DNA of 64,000 bases from Glycera tridactyla (Eukaryota). Below are positions 51,371 through 64,000 of this stretch, piece by piece. Position 1 is the stretch's first letter, and every line of letters begins with the position of its first letter. The notes beneath the pieces were generated by a model, which saw only the letters and a list, made by a program, of their open reading frames with translations, was not told where the DNA came from and did not search any database. The DNA lies in NCBI GenBank assembly GCA_965644265.1, contig OZ286460.1, forward strand, positions 51,894,001-51,958,000, written 5' to 3'. Made by a program: the position numbers and the translations under genes.

Positions 51371-52366
51371 TTAAATACATGTGCCCTGGCTGTTATCTAT
51401 ATCTACTTCCCCCTGGATAATACAGGGCACTAGAGTTACCTCCATTGGGCGTATACAAACACTCTGGGCTGCCTGCAATCTATAATCCTGATCATCTATG
51501 GGCGTCACAAGTACACTTATCAATCCTTCTCTCAGTTCTGAATGATTGCCTGCATAATCAATTTTCGCAGAATTTTCCTGTAAAAACGGTACTCCTAAAA
51601 TGACCGGAAGTGATATAGAATTGACAACCAGAAATTTGACTTTGATGGCTATACATTCTATATAAAGAGAGAGGGTTATGGAGCCTTTGACTTCCATCTT
51701 TTGACCCTGTGCATCCAGTAAATTTGTGCTAACTGTCTTATCCATTGACTCAATATAGCCTGCATCTTTCACTAAATTTCTGGTAATCATATTCACGCTT
51801 GCTCCTGTATCTATCATTGCCTGTATACGGTTATCGGATATAAAAATCGGAATTGAATTCATATGACCTAGCTTTTTGCTTATATTGGCATCACTATTGA
51901 CAGGTTGGATTGTAAGTGATGAATTAACATATTCGGTGGCTATCCCGTTATCTATCACACACAACGTCTCCTCTCTATTCCTCTCTCTATTCTCTCTATA
52001 CCTCATATCAGTAAAATAATTCTCTACGTACCTATAATGTCTACACTGGCTAGCATGATTATGACAACAATTATCATAACAAGATCCTTCATTGAATATA
52101 CCATAAACAATGTCGGGAGTATAATCGCTATCTGCAGATTGAACAGTCAACGATGAATTCACGTATTCAGTGTCTGTTACGTTATCTTTTAAGCATGGCG
52201 TCTCCTCTCTATTCCTCCCTCTATTCTCTCTATTCTTCATATCAACGAAAAATTGCTCTACAAACCTACAATGTCTACACTGACTAATATGATTATGACT
52301 ACAATTATCATCACAAGATTCTTCATTAAAAACACTATTTACAAGTTCAGGAGTATGCCTACTGTC
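51371..52366 (-). pseudogene. Retropepsin-like aspartic protease preceded by ~78-aa Cys/His-rich tandem repeats
   Basis: IQAMIDTGASVNMI active-site motif and VILGVPFL flap/C-terminal motif. In frame with the CCHC ORF across a single TGA at 52367-52369. Confidence 0.8.
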
Positions 52367-54051
52367 TCACCCTGATACTGAGTTAATCAATGCCGCCATA
52401 TTGGAATTCTGATTTCTTTGCATAAACTGCTTCTGGATCTCATTTATAGCAGCTGACATCATGTTGCTATCTATAGAATCATTATTTCTTCTCTCAGGCC
52501 TATCAGCTTGTATTGGCTTTTGATGATGTCCTGAGGATGGATCCTGAGGCTGAAAGTTTGCCTGAGGATTATGCCAGAAATCCTGAATATTTCTCCCAAC
52601 ACAATCTCTTGCATAGTGGCCGTATTGGCAACATTCATAACACTGACTTTCATTCAATGGCTGTCTCTTAGTACGAGATCTAAATATCATGTCTCTAATA
52701 CCTCCTAATGCGGCCAAAACTGCATTTCTGGTGTCAGTAAATCTTGACTATGATTCTACCTGGTTAATTTCTCCATGTCTCTGTGTATTCCCTATTGAGA
52801 TTTGGTCCTGAATAATGGTAACTCTTTCATCGAGTCTTGTAAACATATTGGCCGTTTTGTCCTCATTTGGGTCTAAGTTTTTGAATTTCTTCTCTTATCA
52901 CTGACGCAGTTGCGTCCAATGTCACATTTGCTCGTGTCTCTTCTAAGTTTGCAGCCGCCGACAAAAATTCTTCAATCAATTTCGGATTCGTTATCAGTAT
53001 ATAATTTTTAGCCACTGATTTCAATCCTGATAAAACGATAGATCTAAATTCAGAGAATTGGGCATCATTAAACCTAGTTCCCTGCTTTAGTCTGAACAGA
53101 TACCGACACTTTTTGATGACTTTCACTACAAACTGCATAGGGCTAAGTTCTTCCTGCTTACAACTATATAACTGCGCTCTAAATGCAGGTTCACTACTAC
53201 TGCTGACGCAGGATTCAGCTAAAAATTACTTTCCAAGTCTTCAAAAGCAGTGTTATCATCTATGATTATTGTGCCATACCAATCTTTTGCCGAATTGCCT
53301 AAATTAAATGGGAAAGATGCCACCTTTTCTCTATCAGTGAACTCATGTAATTGGCAATACACATTATATAAGTCCAACCACTCTATGGGGTTGTTCTCGA
53401 TTTCATAAGGTGGAACCTTCACAAAATTCCTATCTCTCACAACTATTGTTTGATTAATCTGGCCATTCGGGTTCAAATTAGGGATAGGCATTGTAGGTGG
53501 ACCATCTATTCTCAAAATCTGGGTATCTTGTGCTGTTTCAAATCATATTTCTTCTTGCGCGAAGGGATTTACTTTGACTATATCATCACTATTATCTTCA
53601 CAAGGATATCCATCATAAGCAGGGGGGTCTATGGGGCTTTTGTATAAGGCTTTGATGGCACAAAGAAAGGGTCAAACTGTTCCAATATACAGGCTAAATC
53701 GTATAGCGGTGGGTTATATAAGAGTTCGCACCTACCCCTTTCTCCATGCGATGACCATGTTGGCTGTAAATACCTTCTATCACTCACATCCGTTGTGCCT
53801 GTAGCCATTGTTCCCGCGTGTATAGCCGCTGGAATGCCATCATGCTTCTGCGTATAGTCATTGGCATCAGTTTCCTCATCTTTCCTATCATCATCACCTA
53901 GTACCTGTAACTTCTTCAACACAATCGCATCATTCCTATCCAGAGACATCTCCCTGTTTGACCTCGTTCCTATTACTTCATGGATGAATTGTTTAAAGCC
54001 ATAAATAATGATGCCTATAAAGAAATAGACACTCACAACATTCTCCACCAT
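52367..54051 (-). pseudogene. gag remnant (capsid-like region + CCHC zinc knuckle), frameshifted
   Basis: IEWLDLYNVYCQLHEFTDREKVASFPFNLGNSAKDWY (53219-53515) is retrotransposon capsid-like. CYECCQYGHYARDC (52367-52717) is CX2CX4HX4C. The pieces lie in different frames; for example, one missing T near 53221 restores ...NFLAES. Confidence 0.75.
54038..54050 (-). promoter_or_regulatory. Primer-binding site complementary to the 3' end of tRNA-Ala
   Basis: The minus strand reads TGGTGGAGAATGT immediately after the LTR end. The plus strand ACATTCTCCACCA matches the 3' end (...CAUUCUCCACCA) of eukaryotic tRNA-Ala(AGC) as I recall it. Confidence 0.75.
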
Positions 54052-54581
54052 ATTTTACACACCTAAAAAGGTCTCTTACTACCAAAAATTGGCTCTTACT
54101 ACAAGTATGTTCTTACTACATATTGCTGCGTTTCTGTTGGGCTATATCGAGCCGCTCACATAAGATTGGGGGTTAGATTCAACTCAAACAATAAAGCAAC
54201 ATCGCTTGGCTGTGAATAAACAATAATAGGCTGACATACCTACTAAGTGAGGTCGGGATCTTGATGGAACATAGTGAGTGTCAGTCAGACCTAGCTACCA
54301 ATGATACATACATGTGAGAAGTGAGATGTAAGGTGTAAGAGAGAGAGCCTCTGAATGCAGGGCTATTTATGTATGTGTTCTCAAGACAGATAACAGGCCA
54401 CCTAGTGGTGAGCACGTGTACTATGTGCGGACCTGCTTCACTCCCATCAATCTAATCTGGTTAGATGAGAGACCTCAGACCACGTTGGTGGGTCCGATTG
54501 CTTGATTGACTGATTGTTCCATTACTGTTTAACGTTACTTTTAATGCTGAGGGGTTTCTGTAACTTTCCCTGATTCCCTCC

Positions 54582-54586
<5 letters not shown>
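54051..54586 (-). repeat. 5' LTR (~535 bp) with TATT...AATA termini and a TATA-like box
   Basis: Bounded by (TA)n at 54586 and by the PBS at 54050. The minus strand has CATAAATA (~54363-54371) followed by a pyrimidine run. Three TCTTACTAC motifs lie near the end (plus strand 54074, 54094, 54111). Exact ends are ambiguous against TA. Confidence 0.6.
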
Positions 54587-54650
<64 letters not shown>

Positions 54651-56987
54651 CATAACATAACATAACATTCTTTCATTAACGAGTCATAGGTTGTACAGGT
54701 GATACAGGTAAGTTCGTATGGTTGTATACAGATAACCTCCGGCCCTTGACGGGCTCATAAGACTCGGCATCCTTTTTAAATATCCAAGGAGCAAAGATAT
54801 GTGTATGTTCCACGCTTAGTATTATTAGTGGGGGTATATTTATCCTATGTGGTCATCCCTTTTCCTTTTGTCCAATCCACCTTCATGGGGGTGGTGTGGG
54901 TTGGACAGGTACAAAGGGGGGTGGGGGTGGGTTCTTATGTGTCGGGTTGTCTGTGATTGTGGGATCATCATGTTACGTGTACATATATGGTTAGTTGGTG
55001 ATGAGTGATATCAGTGAGATATATATATATATATTGGACGAAATGAAATAGAGAAGTTAAACAAAAAAAATCGTGATTTCGGAAAACCATGGATCGACCT
55101 ATTGACATCCCTAATACAATTTATGGTGTTTCTCTTATTTGAATTAGGAGAATCACTAGGAAGATGCCTTTTGGAAGGGGGTATACTGGAGTCACTCTGT
55201 TGGTCGGTCAGTCGGGGTACACTGGAGTCAGTCTGTCGGCCAGAAGGAAGAGTCTTGGAAAATCCCATCCATGCCCATTGCATGAGCTTTACAATATAGC
55301 CAAGATGGTGCCAACATGACGTTCAACAAGAACATATCAACCAATCGGTCAGTCGGATGGTTAGTCTGTCGGTTGGTCAGTCACTCCAGTGATCAGTCTG
55401 TCCGCAGAAGTTTGTCCTGCAAACTACTTCCACATTTCTCAAGCTATTGGATTGAGACTTGATATATGTCATCACCATGAAATGTAGATGTGCAAGGCAC
55501 ACTTCCCATGCAGATTGATCCACACATTCCAGAGTTATTCAAGATGTGTGTAAGGCCTCTCACACTGCCCTTGTCTTTCCTTTCATTGTTTTCTGGTGAT
55601 ATAGATGCTTCTATTGTTCTATATGACTGGTGTCCATTTCTTTGCCAGCTCCACAATTACGTAACACATCCTATTTCCTCCCCTCGACACACAAACACAC
55701 ACATGCATGCACACACATGGTCAAACCTGCTTGAGAGACCACATATTGAGTGGCCATATCGCATATATTCTCAGTATCAAAATAGCGGCGGGGTATTTTC
55801 AGTCACCTCAGTGACAAAGCTCTAGTTCAAGTTGCATGACTGACCTATAGAGTTCCTTGATTCATATATTGAACTACGGCAGACATAAATCCCTTGGTTA
55901 TACATGCTGTTAAATCTAAACAAACAAACGTTTTATGGAACTCCCTGAACGCCATATGGATATTGGCAAACCGTTGTGATTGAGTATATACCAACATTCA
56001 CTTATGGTTCTCACTCATTCATATTGCATTCCTTGCAGCTAAATTCCGAAATCTATCATCAAATGTGCGATCTCCGTATTTTGATTGGGAAATCACTAAG
56101 TCGGCCAGTTTATGGTTCTCCATGCATCTGATTTGCTGAAAACCATAATTTGAATACCTGAACTCACACAATGCCTGAATAATCATGTTTTTCATACTTT
56201 GATTTATGGAGATCACCTAACATATTATGGATCTCTGTAAATGAATATGGTCTTCTAGAAATCGAATTATGGAGAACGCTGAATTGTGAATATTTAGGAT
56301 GGTGTATCTGGAGGTCATGTATATCACTGATAATCATGGCAGACATGGACCGATACAACGTGACTGTATTCATACACAAACGATGAATGCTACAACAGTA
56401 AATCAGAAGTAGGCCTTGTACTCACAAACATCGATTTAATGAGCTCAACTACTCGGCCAGTGGATTATTGGTGAATATCTCTGAAACTAGTCCCAATCAT
56501 GCAGCCCCTCCACACAACATGGACTGCAACTTGAACACGTTAATAGGTTGATTGATTGATTGATTGTGTGTGGTTTATCGTGCATATGGGTCATTTCGGA
56601 CTGTGCTCATGTGAGATAGGTAGAGGTGTACCTAAACCGTCACTTACATCCACCTGGAAACATTTCAGCGGACCAGAGACATATAGCATACATAATCCTC
56701 TTGGTTGATATAAGCCTTTAAACCACAAGCAAACCAAACCAAACAAAATAAATCAAGTATTTCGGTATATGTCCAACGAGACAAAAATCTCACGAAAATG
56801 TCCCAAATCTGAGTGCTTGAATCTGGCCATGGTTTGGAGACATCTGTAATCAGAATATTTCCCTGTCACAATATTGTGAATGTAGGTAAAAGGCAGCAAA
56901 ACCTCTAGAAAGCGCAGTCAAATCAGAATGGTGCGTGCAGAGGATATCTTCGGTTATCTTTCAGTTTCCATTCCGATATGACCAAAA

Positions 56988-59900
56988 TAGTCCAGTGGAT
57001 AGGCACAATGTTTGTGCACTTTTGGAAACAAGTACCAAATCTGGCACACTTGTTCACATAACCAAACTGAATCATTTTGGATATAGAACCACGTTGGCAA
57101 ACCAATATATTGACAATTTCTGCCACCAGGTGGCGTTTTGCAGGCTTTCCATGAATCCAGACAGTGTAGGCATCTCAGAAATGGGTATATCTCTGCAGCA
57201 ATTGCATGAATTGTCTCTTGGGCTCTTGGACCAGACTACAGACAATCCCTACAATGATTAGAAAGCCTCTTGGCAAATCCCTATATTGACAATTTCTGCC
57301 ACTAGGTGGCGTTCTACAGGCTTTTCATGGATCCAGACAGTATAGGCATCTCAAAAATGGGTATATCTCTGCAGCTGTTGCATAAATTATCTCTTGGGCT
57401 CTTGGACCAGACTATAGACAATCCCTACAATGAATTGAGAAACTCTTGGCAGATCCCTATTTTGACAATTCCTGTCACTAGGTGGCATTTTGCAGGCTTT
57501 TCTTGGATCCGGACAGTATAGGAATCTCAAAAATGGGGATATCTCTGCAGCTTTTGCATGAATTGTCTCTTGGATCCCAGGACCGGACAACAGACAATCC
57601 CCACAATGTTTAGAAAGACTCATGGAATATTCTGTGGGGTTTCAATCAAATATTTCTGGTCAGATTTTACAATTTTTGCTTAAAACTCTGTCGTCATCCC
57701 AAGATAGCCACAATCAAATCCACATTCATATTTAAAACTGAAACACTATAAAGGTGATAACATGCAACATGCAAATAATTCATATAATTGTTTGAGAGAT
57801 ATCAATTAGTTAGTCATCTTCTAGAGATTGAATATTGATGTGATTTCAAGTAACAAATAGCCGCTCATATGTACTAGCAAGTTGATTTCATGAGAAGTTA
57901 TTTGAAGTAAACCTGATATCTTTTGAGCATCTGAGGGATATGTTCATCACATTAATTTTGGTATCATACTCATGGTATTTTTTGAATATCACATTAACAG
58001 TGCATGCTGACTGGGATATCAGAGGCTGGCGATGTGTATGGATGTGTGTTCCTGCATACAAATGATAGAACCACTGCTGTCTTTCACAAAGAGTATGGAT
58101 GGAGAGTAGGGATGGCCCCTGGCAGCAGTGCCTCTTTTCTGCATTTTCAGTTCACTTCAGGTTTTCCAGTTTTTCTGTCTGACATAAACCAAGGTGGTTG
58201 AAACAACGTTAAACTCAAACAAAAAACCATGCATACAATGACTCTAGAAATAAATACGGACAGGATCATATGAGCATCAAATGGAATAGGACATATCTTG
58301 TTTATGAAGTGTTAACTCATAACAAAGACACATCCAACACATTATATATCATTATGTTTTCGGAATGATGGCATCATCATGACACCAATAAAACATGTGA
58401 CTGATATCAATGTCATTCAACAAAACTGGGACTCATAAGAAAGAGTGTCATTAACAAAGAATCAATCTCTATAAGTACAAGTACATGACCAAAACAGTGC
58501 ACCTGTGAACTGCACTCCAACAGCTACCAGAAGGCCTACATCCCATCTAGCATCCACATTTGATTAGTCTACACCCTTGGAAGCAGGAGAAAGTCTTGTC
58601 GACATTGGCTCCATCCACTCTCCTTTCTTTGCCATCCCCACATCACAGGGGCGGGGAGTACTATCTGTGCTGCCAGTAGCTGTCCTCAAACATGGCCACT
58701 CTAATGAATGGCTCATCTTGCATGTACATGCAAAGCAGCTTTTGCTGGGAGCAAACTGTGATGCTTGAAGCTACCTTTTTCATATCAGCTTTTCGAATTT
58801 TACAGACATACAACAAAGCCACCAATCACTAGCAGGCTAAATGTTTCTTCATTCTGTGAGTCCAGATTTGTACTCCGGTCTTGTGAGGCAACTGCCACTT
58901 CTGGATACACTCTACATACATCCCCTGCTTTTTTCTTTCCCCTGTCTGGGAATCCAGATACAGTGTCATGTCCAGTGGGTGAATGAAAAGCAGCTTGTAA
59001 TGGTTTCCAAGGGCATTGGCAATTTCATGAGCTGCAATGTATCAGAATTCTTTTTCACTTCTATAAGCTAGCCAAAGTTCCTCAGCATTCAGTCTGTTAA
59101 GATGGGTAATTACAGGGACCAACATATCAGTATCCATTGTCCTTATGGGAATTTTCTGAGTTCAATACAGGCAAGTGTGTTCATACACCACTTAAATTAC
59201 AGGGATCTCTCATGATACCTCTTATTAGCATATCCTGAGAATAAGGTTGTAGAATACAGGTCTGTTGACATGTCACTATGAAGAACAGAAACTGTGAGGT
59301 CTGTCCCATTCCTAAATACATGTACTACAAGACAAAGTATTACTTGAATTCAATTTGCAGAACAATGAATCTCAGCTGAGCAGGCATTCAAGCAGAAACA
59401 TTTTTCTCAAAATAGCATGGTAATGGCTGGGATATTTCCAGATGAAATGGATGTATCAGTGAGTAATGTTATACCTGATGGACAACCATTAATGATGTGG
59501 CCATGGCTCTGTTGAGATTCAATGAACATCTCTGGAGAATTTGGAGATGATTTGATAGTGTTTGAATCAGATGATTTGATGATCACTTGTATCAAATGAT
59601 TCTCCAAGAGGAAGGTGGAAAAAATGAATGGGTTCCCAATCAGTTTCCTGAAATCCTTCCAATCATATATACCCAGTCTGTTGTTCATTTGATTCCTCAT
59701 GAGAGTACTTGACAACTGATAGAAAAAAATGATTCATTCAAAAGATACGCCAATTTGATAAATCCTGGTATCTTGCAAAATGGAATGATGCCTGTTGTTG
59801 CCACCAGGTGATGCTATCAGTCATAGACACACAGGTGCACATCTGTGTGAAAGTTTGGCACTTAATTCCAAGGTGCACAAAGATTTCATTTTGGGGAGCT

Positions 59901-61200
59901 CATCCACTGGGCTGAGGCTGTCTGTTCTGGGAAAAGTCTATTCAGGTCTCTAAACCTCTACCTTCGAAAACCCTATATCAAACACACATTTCAACCCACC
60001 ATATTCAGTACTGACAGACTGGATGCACTGTTTGTGTGACATCTGAATGATATTAGGAGAATAATAACAAAATAAATGTAATGAACATATCCCTCAGATG
60101 CTCAAAAGATATCAGGTGTACCTCTTATAACCTCTCATGGAAGCTACTCAGCAAGTCTATATGACCAGCTATTCATTACTTGAAATTACATCAACATTCA
60201 ATCTTTAGAGGATGACGGATAAATGTAGACCTCTTAAACCATTATATAATTTCTTGAATGTCATCATAGTATTTCAGTTTCAAATATGAATGAAGATTCG
60301 ATTGTGGCTATGTTTGGTCGATGACAGAGTTTTATTGCAAAATTTTGAAATCTTACCAGAAATATCCTATAATTACCTCACATAATTTAAAAAAATCATT
60401 GTAGGTATTGTCGGTAATCTGATCCTATAACCCCAGGGACAATGTATGCAATTGGCGCAGAGATATACCAATCATTGAGATGCCTATACTGTCTGGATTC
60501 ATGAAAATCCTGCAAAATGCCACCTAGTGGCAGAAATTGTCAATATAGGGATTTGCCAAGTGTCTTTTTAATTATTGTAGGGATTATCTGTAGTCTGATC
60601 CTAGAACCCAAGAGACAATTATTGCAATTGCTGCAGATATATCAATTATTGAGATGCTTATAGTGTCTGGATTCATGGAAAGCCTTAAAACGCCACCTAG
60701 TGGCAGAAATCATCAATATAGGGATATACCAAGAGTATTTCTAATCATTGCAGTGATTGTCTGTTGTCTGGTCCTATAACCCAAGAGATAATTTATGCAA
60801 TTGCTGCAGAGATATACCCATTATTGAGATGCCTATACTGTCTGGATTGACAAAAAGCCTGCAAAATGCCACCTAGTGGCAGAAATTGTCAATATAGGGC
60901 TCTACCAAGAGTATTTCTGATTATTGTAGTGATTGTCTGTGGTCTGGTCCTATAACCCAAGAGGTAATTTATGCAATTGCTGCAGAGATATACCCATTTT
61001 TGAGATGCCTACACTGTCTGGATTCATGGAAAGCCTGCAAAACGCCACCTAGTGGCAGAAATTGTCAATATATTGGTTTGCCAACGTGGTTCTATATCCA
61101 AAATGATTCAGTTTGGTTATGTGGACAAGTGTACCAAGTTTGGTACTTGTTTCCAAAAGTGCACAAACATGCCCATTTTTGGGGCTTATCCACTGGACTA
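56988..61200 (-). mobile_element. AcademX-like DNA transposon derivative, 4.2 kb, with ~1-kb terminal inverted repeats
   Basis: Termini TAGTCCAGTGGATA...TATCCACTGGACTA, with AAAA on both flanks (56984-56987, 61201-61204). Arms at ~56988-57965 and ~60075-61200 are inverted homologs containing ~176-bp tandem units (about 3 left, 4 right). The interior holds XPG-like and Cys-rich remnants. Confidence 0.75.
58480..59145 (-). pseudogene. Decayed XPG/FEN1-like nuclease domain and C-terminal Cys-rich finger of an AcademX-type protein
   Basis: Minus-strand translation across frameshifts gives RTMDTDMLVPVI..ELWLAY..YIAAHEIANALG / AFHSPTGHDTVSGF..RGKKK / VYPEV and ..LSPASK / CRLIKCGC*MGC. These match the DTDV, H..TGCDT.S.F.G.GK and CGC..GC motifs of this family. 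Confidence 0.7.
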
Positions 61201-63245
61201 AAAACGTTGAAAGGACATTAAACCCTGGCAATTAAATGGACTGGCCCCAAGATACATGATGGTCTCTCGCTTTCACCTGCCTATTATATGAACATTCCAA
61301 CCATGAATCTGAATATAACACGGCAATCTCTCGCACTTTTCATACTAATTTCCACCGATTGTCGAACATGGCGAATGNNNNNNNNNNNNNNNNNNNNNNN
61401 NNNNNNNNNNNNNNNNNNNNNNNNNNNNNNNNNNNNNNNNNNNNNNNNNNNNNNNNNNNNNNNNNNNNNNNNNNNNNNNNNNNNNNNNNNNNNNNNNNNN
61501 NNNNNNNNNNNNNNNNNNNNNNNNNNNNNNNNNNNNNNNNNNNNNNNNNNNNNNNNNNNNNNNNNNNNNNNNNNNNNNNNNNNNNNNNNNNNNNNNNNNN
61601 NNNNNNNNNNNNNNNNNNNNNNNNNNNNNNNNNNNNNNNNNNNNNNNNNNNNNNNNNNTCGCTACAAGGTTTAATTCATGCTGTTATCCAAGTATCTTTG
61701 CACGTCGGAACTCCTGCGAGCGCCCTGAGTACGTCACTGGGGTCACTGAATTTTATGGAAGCTCATAAAATGTCAAGTAAAATACGGAAAGGTGTGTATC
61801 GCACCATGTGTTCCCATGAGCAGGTGTCAGAGATACCACCGGGTACATCAACACAGCTTACCCGCCTTACAGCAGCACACACCTTTATTCAAAAATGAAC
61901 AATCAAGATCCTCTGATTAGTAACAGCGTCTGACAAAGTACAATAACGTATTCATGGAGGTGGAGGAAGACGGCTTGTCTATTACGTATTCTCGATCAAT
62001 GGATGCAGCATAAACAAGGATTGTACCAACCCCCATGCGGATGTAAACAGTAAACATATATAATGGTTCTGTTATTGATCGTAAAAGTAACTCTCTCTCT
62101 GCGATATATATTCCCCCTCGCGTTGATATCGCGTCAATCCACCCTTCAGTATTGTGGGCTGTGATTGTATTGGTCGGTGACATTGAACTATATATCAATT
62201 CAAAACTATTTTATTTCGTCTTCAACAGATGACACATCTACAATAAATAGCGGGACTTTTCCGATGAAGACGAAGGGCTTGACTATATCAGTACTATCAC
62301 AAATGTGACAACATAATCCATATCATGTACAAATCATTCTGAACGGGTGAAATAGATTAAAATTGGGTTTCTGAGGGAAAATATCTAGTAGAGTGGGTAT
62401 TGATGGATAATTCAAATATGATTTCCTATTCTTTACTTGTTTTTGTGATCTCCGCCTGGGGCTGGAGATCACTATGCTATCACCTCTCTGCTCGAAATGC
62501 CTTCTAAGTTCGCCGATTCTGTTGCTTAAAATTATTTGTCATCAACGGATTTTTGGTTGAATCTGTATTAAAGGCACCAATGATGTAATCTAACACAATT
62601 TTAACATGACTTTTTGATCTGGTGAACGACAATTTACGAAAATGTAGCAATCACATAATAGGTATTTCTCTGTACGCTCGTTTTTGTGGCCGATCACCGA
62701 AGCACACAGATACGACTGCTCAGGGATGTATAGCTACGCACAAATAGTAAATGCCTGCGAGTTGCAGAAAAGTAGTTCTCTGCATGCAAGGTAGCGTATC
62801 AATATAGAGACTGANNNNNNNNNNNNNNNNNNNNNNNNNNNNNNNNNNNNNNNNNNNNNNNNNNNNNNNNNNNNNNNNNNNNNNNNNNNNNNNNNNNNNN
62901 NNNNNNNNNNNNNNNNNNNNNNNNNNNNNNNNNNNNNNNNNNNNATAGTGAGTACGTGTTTTGGTTGATATGGTCATGAATGGAGTTGTAGATAGTGTAT
63001 GTGAAACCGACCAATCAGAGATCAGCACTCGGGCAGAATGCCATTCAAGTTTGTGATAGAATATGGCCATAAGGGTATGAGACAAATCCACAGGTGGCTT
63101 GCTCATGACTCGCCCCGGTAGGACCGCTGCCCCAGATTCTTCTGAGATGGCTTGTCATAATCCGCCCTGTCGGAGCACACAGATTCACAGCGTCTCAGAT
63201 ATGTATAGCTGCGTACAAGGCAGCATATTGATATAAAGGCTGCAT

Positions 63246-63248
<3 letters not shown>

Positions 63249-63322
<74 letters not shown>
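63249..63322. repeat. (TC)n microsatellite
   Basis: Read directly. Confidence 0.95.
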
Positions 63323-63325
<3 letters not shown>

Positions 63326-64000
63326 GATCTCTCGGTGCACATGGGCATGCTCGTGTTTCTCTCTCTCGAACCAAAATCAGGGAATCAGTGATTCGATCGG
63401 AGAACTTGCCTTCTGTATATTTGGTAATATCTAACAGTGGAGGAGGTTACTGTGTAGCCAGATATACAAATAATATTGATTTGGATGTGTGACATAGTGC
63501 ATGAGAGACATGCAGGTGCCCCAGCGAGCAATGCAGGACATATCCAAGAGGCCCCGGAATATTCACCAACCCCTGAATGCAGTAAGGAATAATATTCGGA
63601 TGTTGTGCAACATTACTGATTTACAGAAAAAACACCCTGAGTGTCCGTGAATCTCATAAACTTTCGCCGTCTGTTGGCGACCCAGAAGGAGGAGTCTTCA
63701 ATGATCTTCCATGCCCATTGCATGGGCATCACAATATAATACACACGGAGCTGAGGTGAACCAGAACCAACCAACCAACCGACCATCATTGAATTAAGTT
63801 CTTAAGACATCCAGCCCGAGGCTAAAAGCAAATAATGATTACCATAGCTGTCTTTTGCAGAAGGGTGTACTGTAACATTGCTCATATGAATTATTGAGAC
63901 ATTTAGCCTGAGGCTGAAAATGAATAAAATTCGTTGCATTTGTGAATTTTATGATGATTCAACAGCTTCCTGCCCACGGATCTCCTGGCCTCACCCAGTA

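Larger units (their letters stand above)
51371..54586 (-). mobile_element. Decayed, 3'-truncated LTR retrotransposon (Ty3/Gypsy-like gag-protease; no RT, RNase H or integrase in this copy)
   Basis: On the minus strand the order is LTR-like segment (54586-54051), PBS, gag capsid-like region, CCHC knuckle, aspartic protease. The frame breaks off near 51371. Confidence 0.8.

Noticed and set aside
51168-54586. DIRS/Ngaro (tyrosine recombinase) interpretation of the split and inverted repeats
   Set aside because: A tRNA PBS and an aspartic protease point to a conventional LTR element; no recombinase is seen.
56988-61200. ~176-bp and other tandem arrays as CRISPR
   Set aside because: Units are long, contiguous and diverged, with no unique spacers and no cas genes; the context is eukaryotic.
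62208-62320. Strong acceptor (ttcgtcttcaacAG, ~62228) as ENaC exon 3; likewise acceptors near 55607 and 61926
   Set aside because: In the required phase each reaches a stop within a few codons and none shows ENaC motifs.
21492-63106. Long ORFs in the track containing X runs (e.g. 26828-27754, 32336-32860, 44615-45433, 61359-61898)
   Set aside because: Artefacts of translating through N gaps.

Overview
Repeat-dense invertebrate metazoan genomic DNA (spliceosomal introns, SINEs, microsatellites, 7 N-gaps); no prokaryotic features, CRISPR, rRNA or tRNA genes seen. The only host gene I can support is a DEG/ENaC-family channel (+), with two spliced coding exons at 39126-39231 and 43309-43476. Downstream of the second exon, a (TA)n tract holds a stack of insertions. 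First is an apparently intact Penelope-like element (PLE) with a separate 733-aa ORF1 and a 914-aa RT+GIY-YIG ORF2. Its 3' end carries a type I hammerhead ribozyme whose stem III is split by a 196-nt structured insert containing two CRE palindromes, an RFX X-box-like motif and a hairpin-sequestered AATAAA. Next come a 143-bp fold-back built from two copies of an LTR end, and a decayed gag-protease LTR retrotransposon with a tRNA-Ala PBS and non-TG..CA termini. Elsewhere there are a decayed 4.2-kb AcademX-like transposon that splits a SINE, hAT-like (5-bp TSD) and EnSpm-like non-autonomous elements, four TA-targeting MITEs, LINE fragments, SINEs, a ~4-kb diverged inverted repeat pair, and an unexplained 12-kb stretch at the start. 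All alignments, foldings and family assignments were done by eye; no searches were run.
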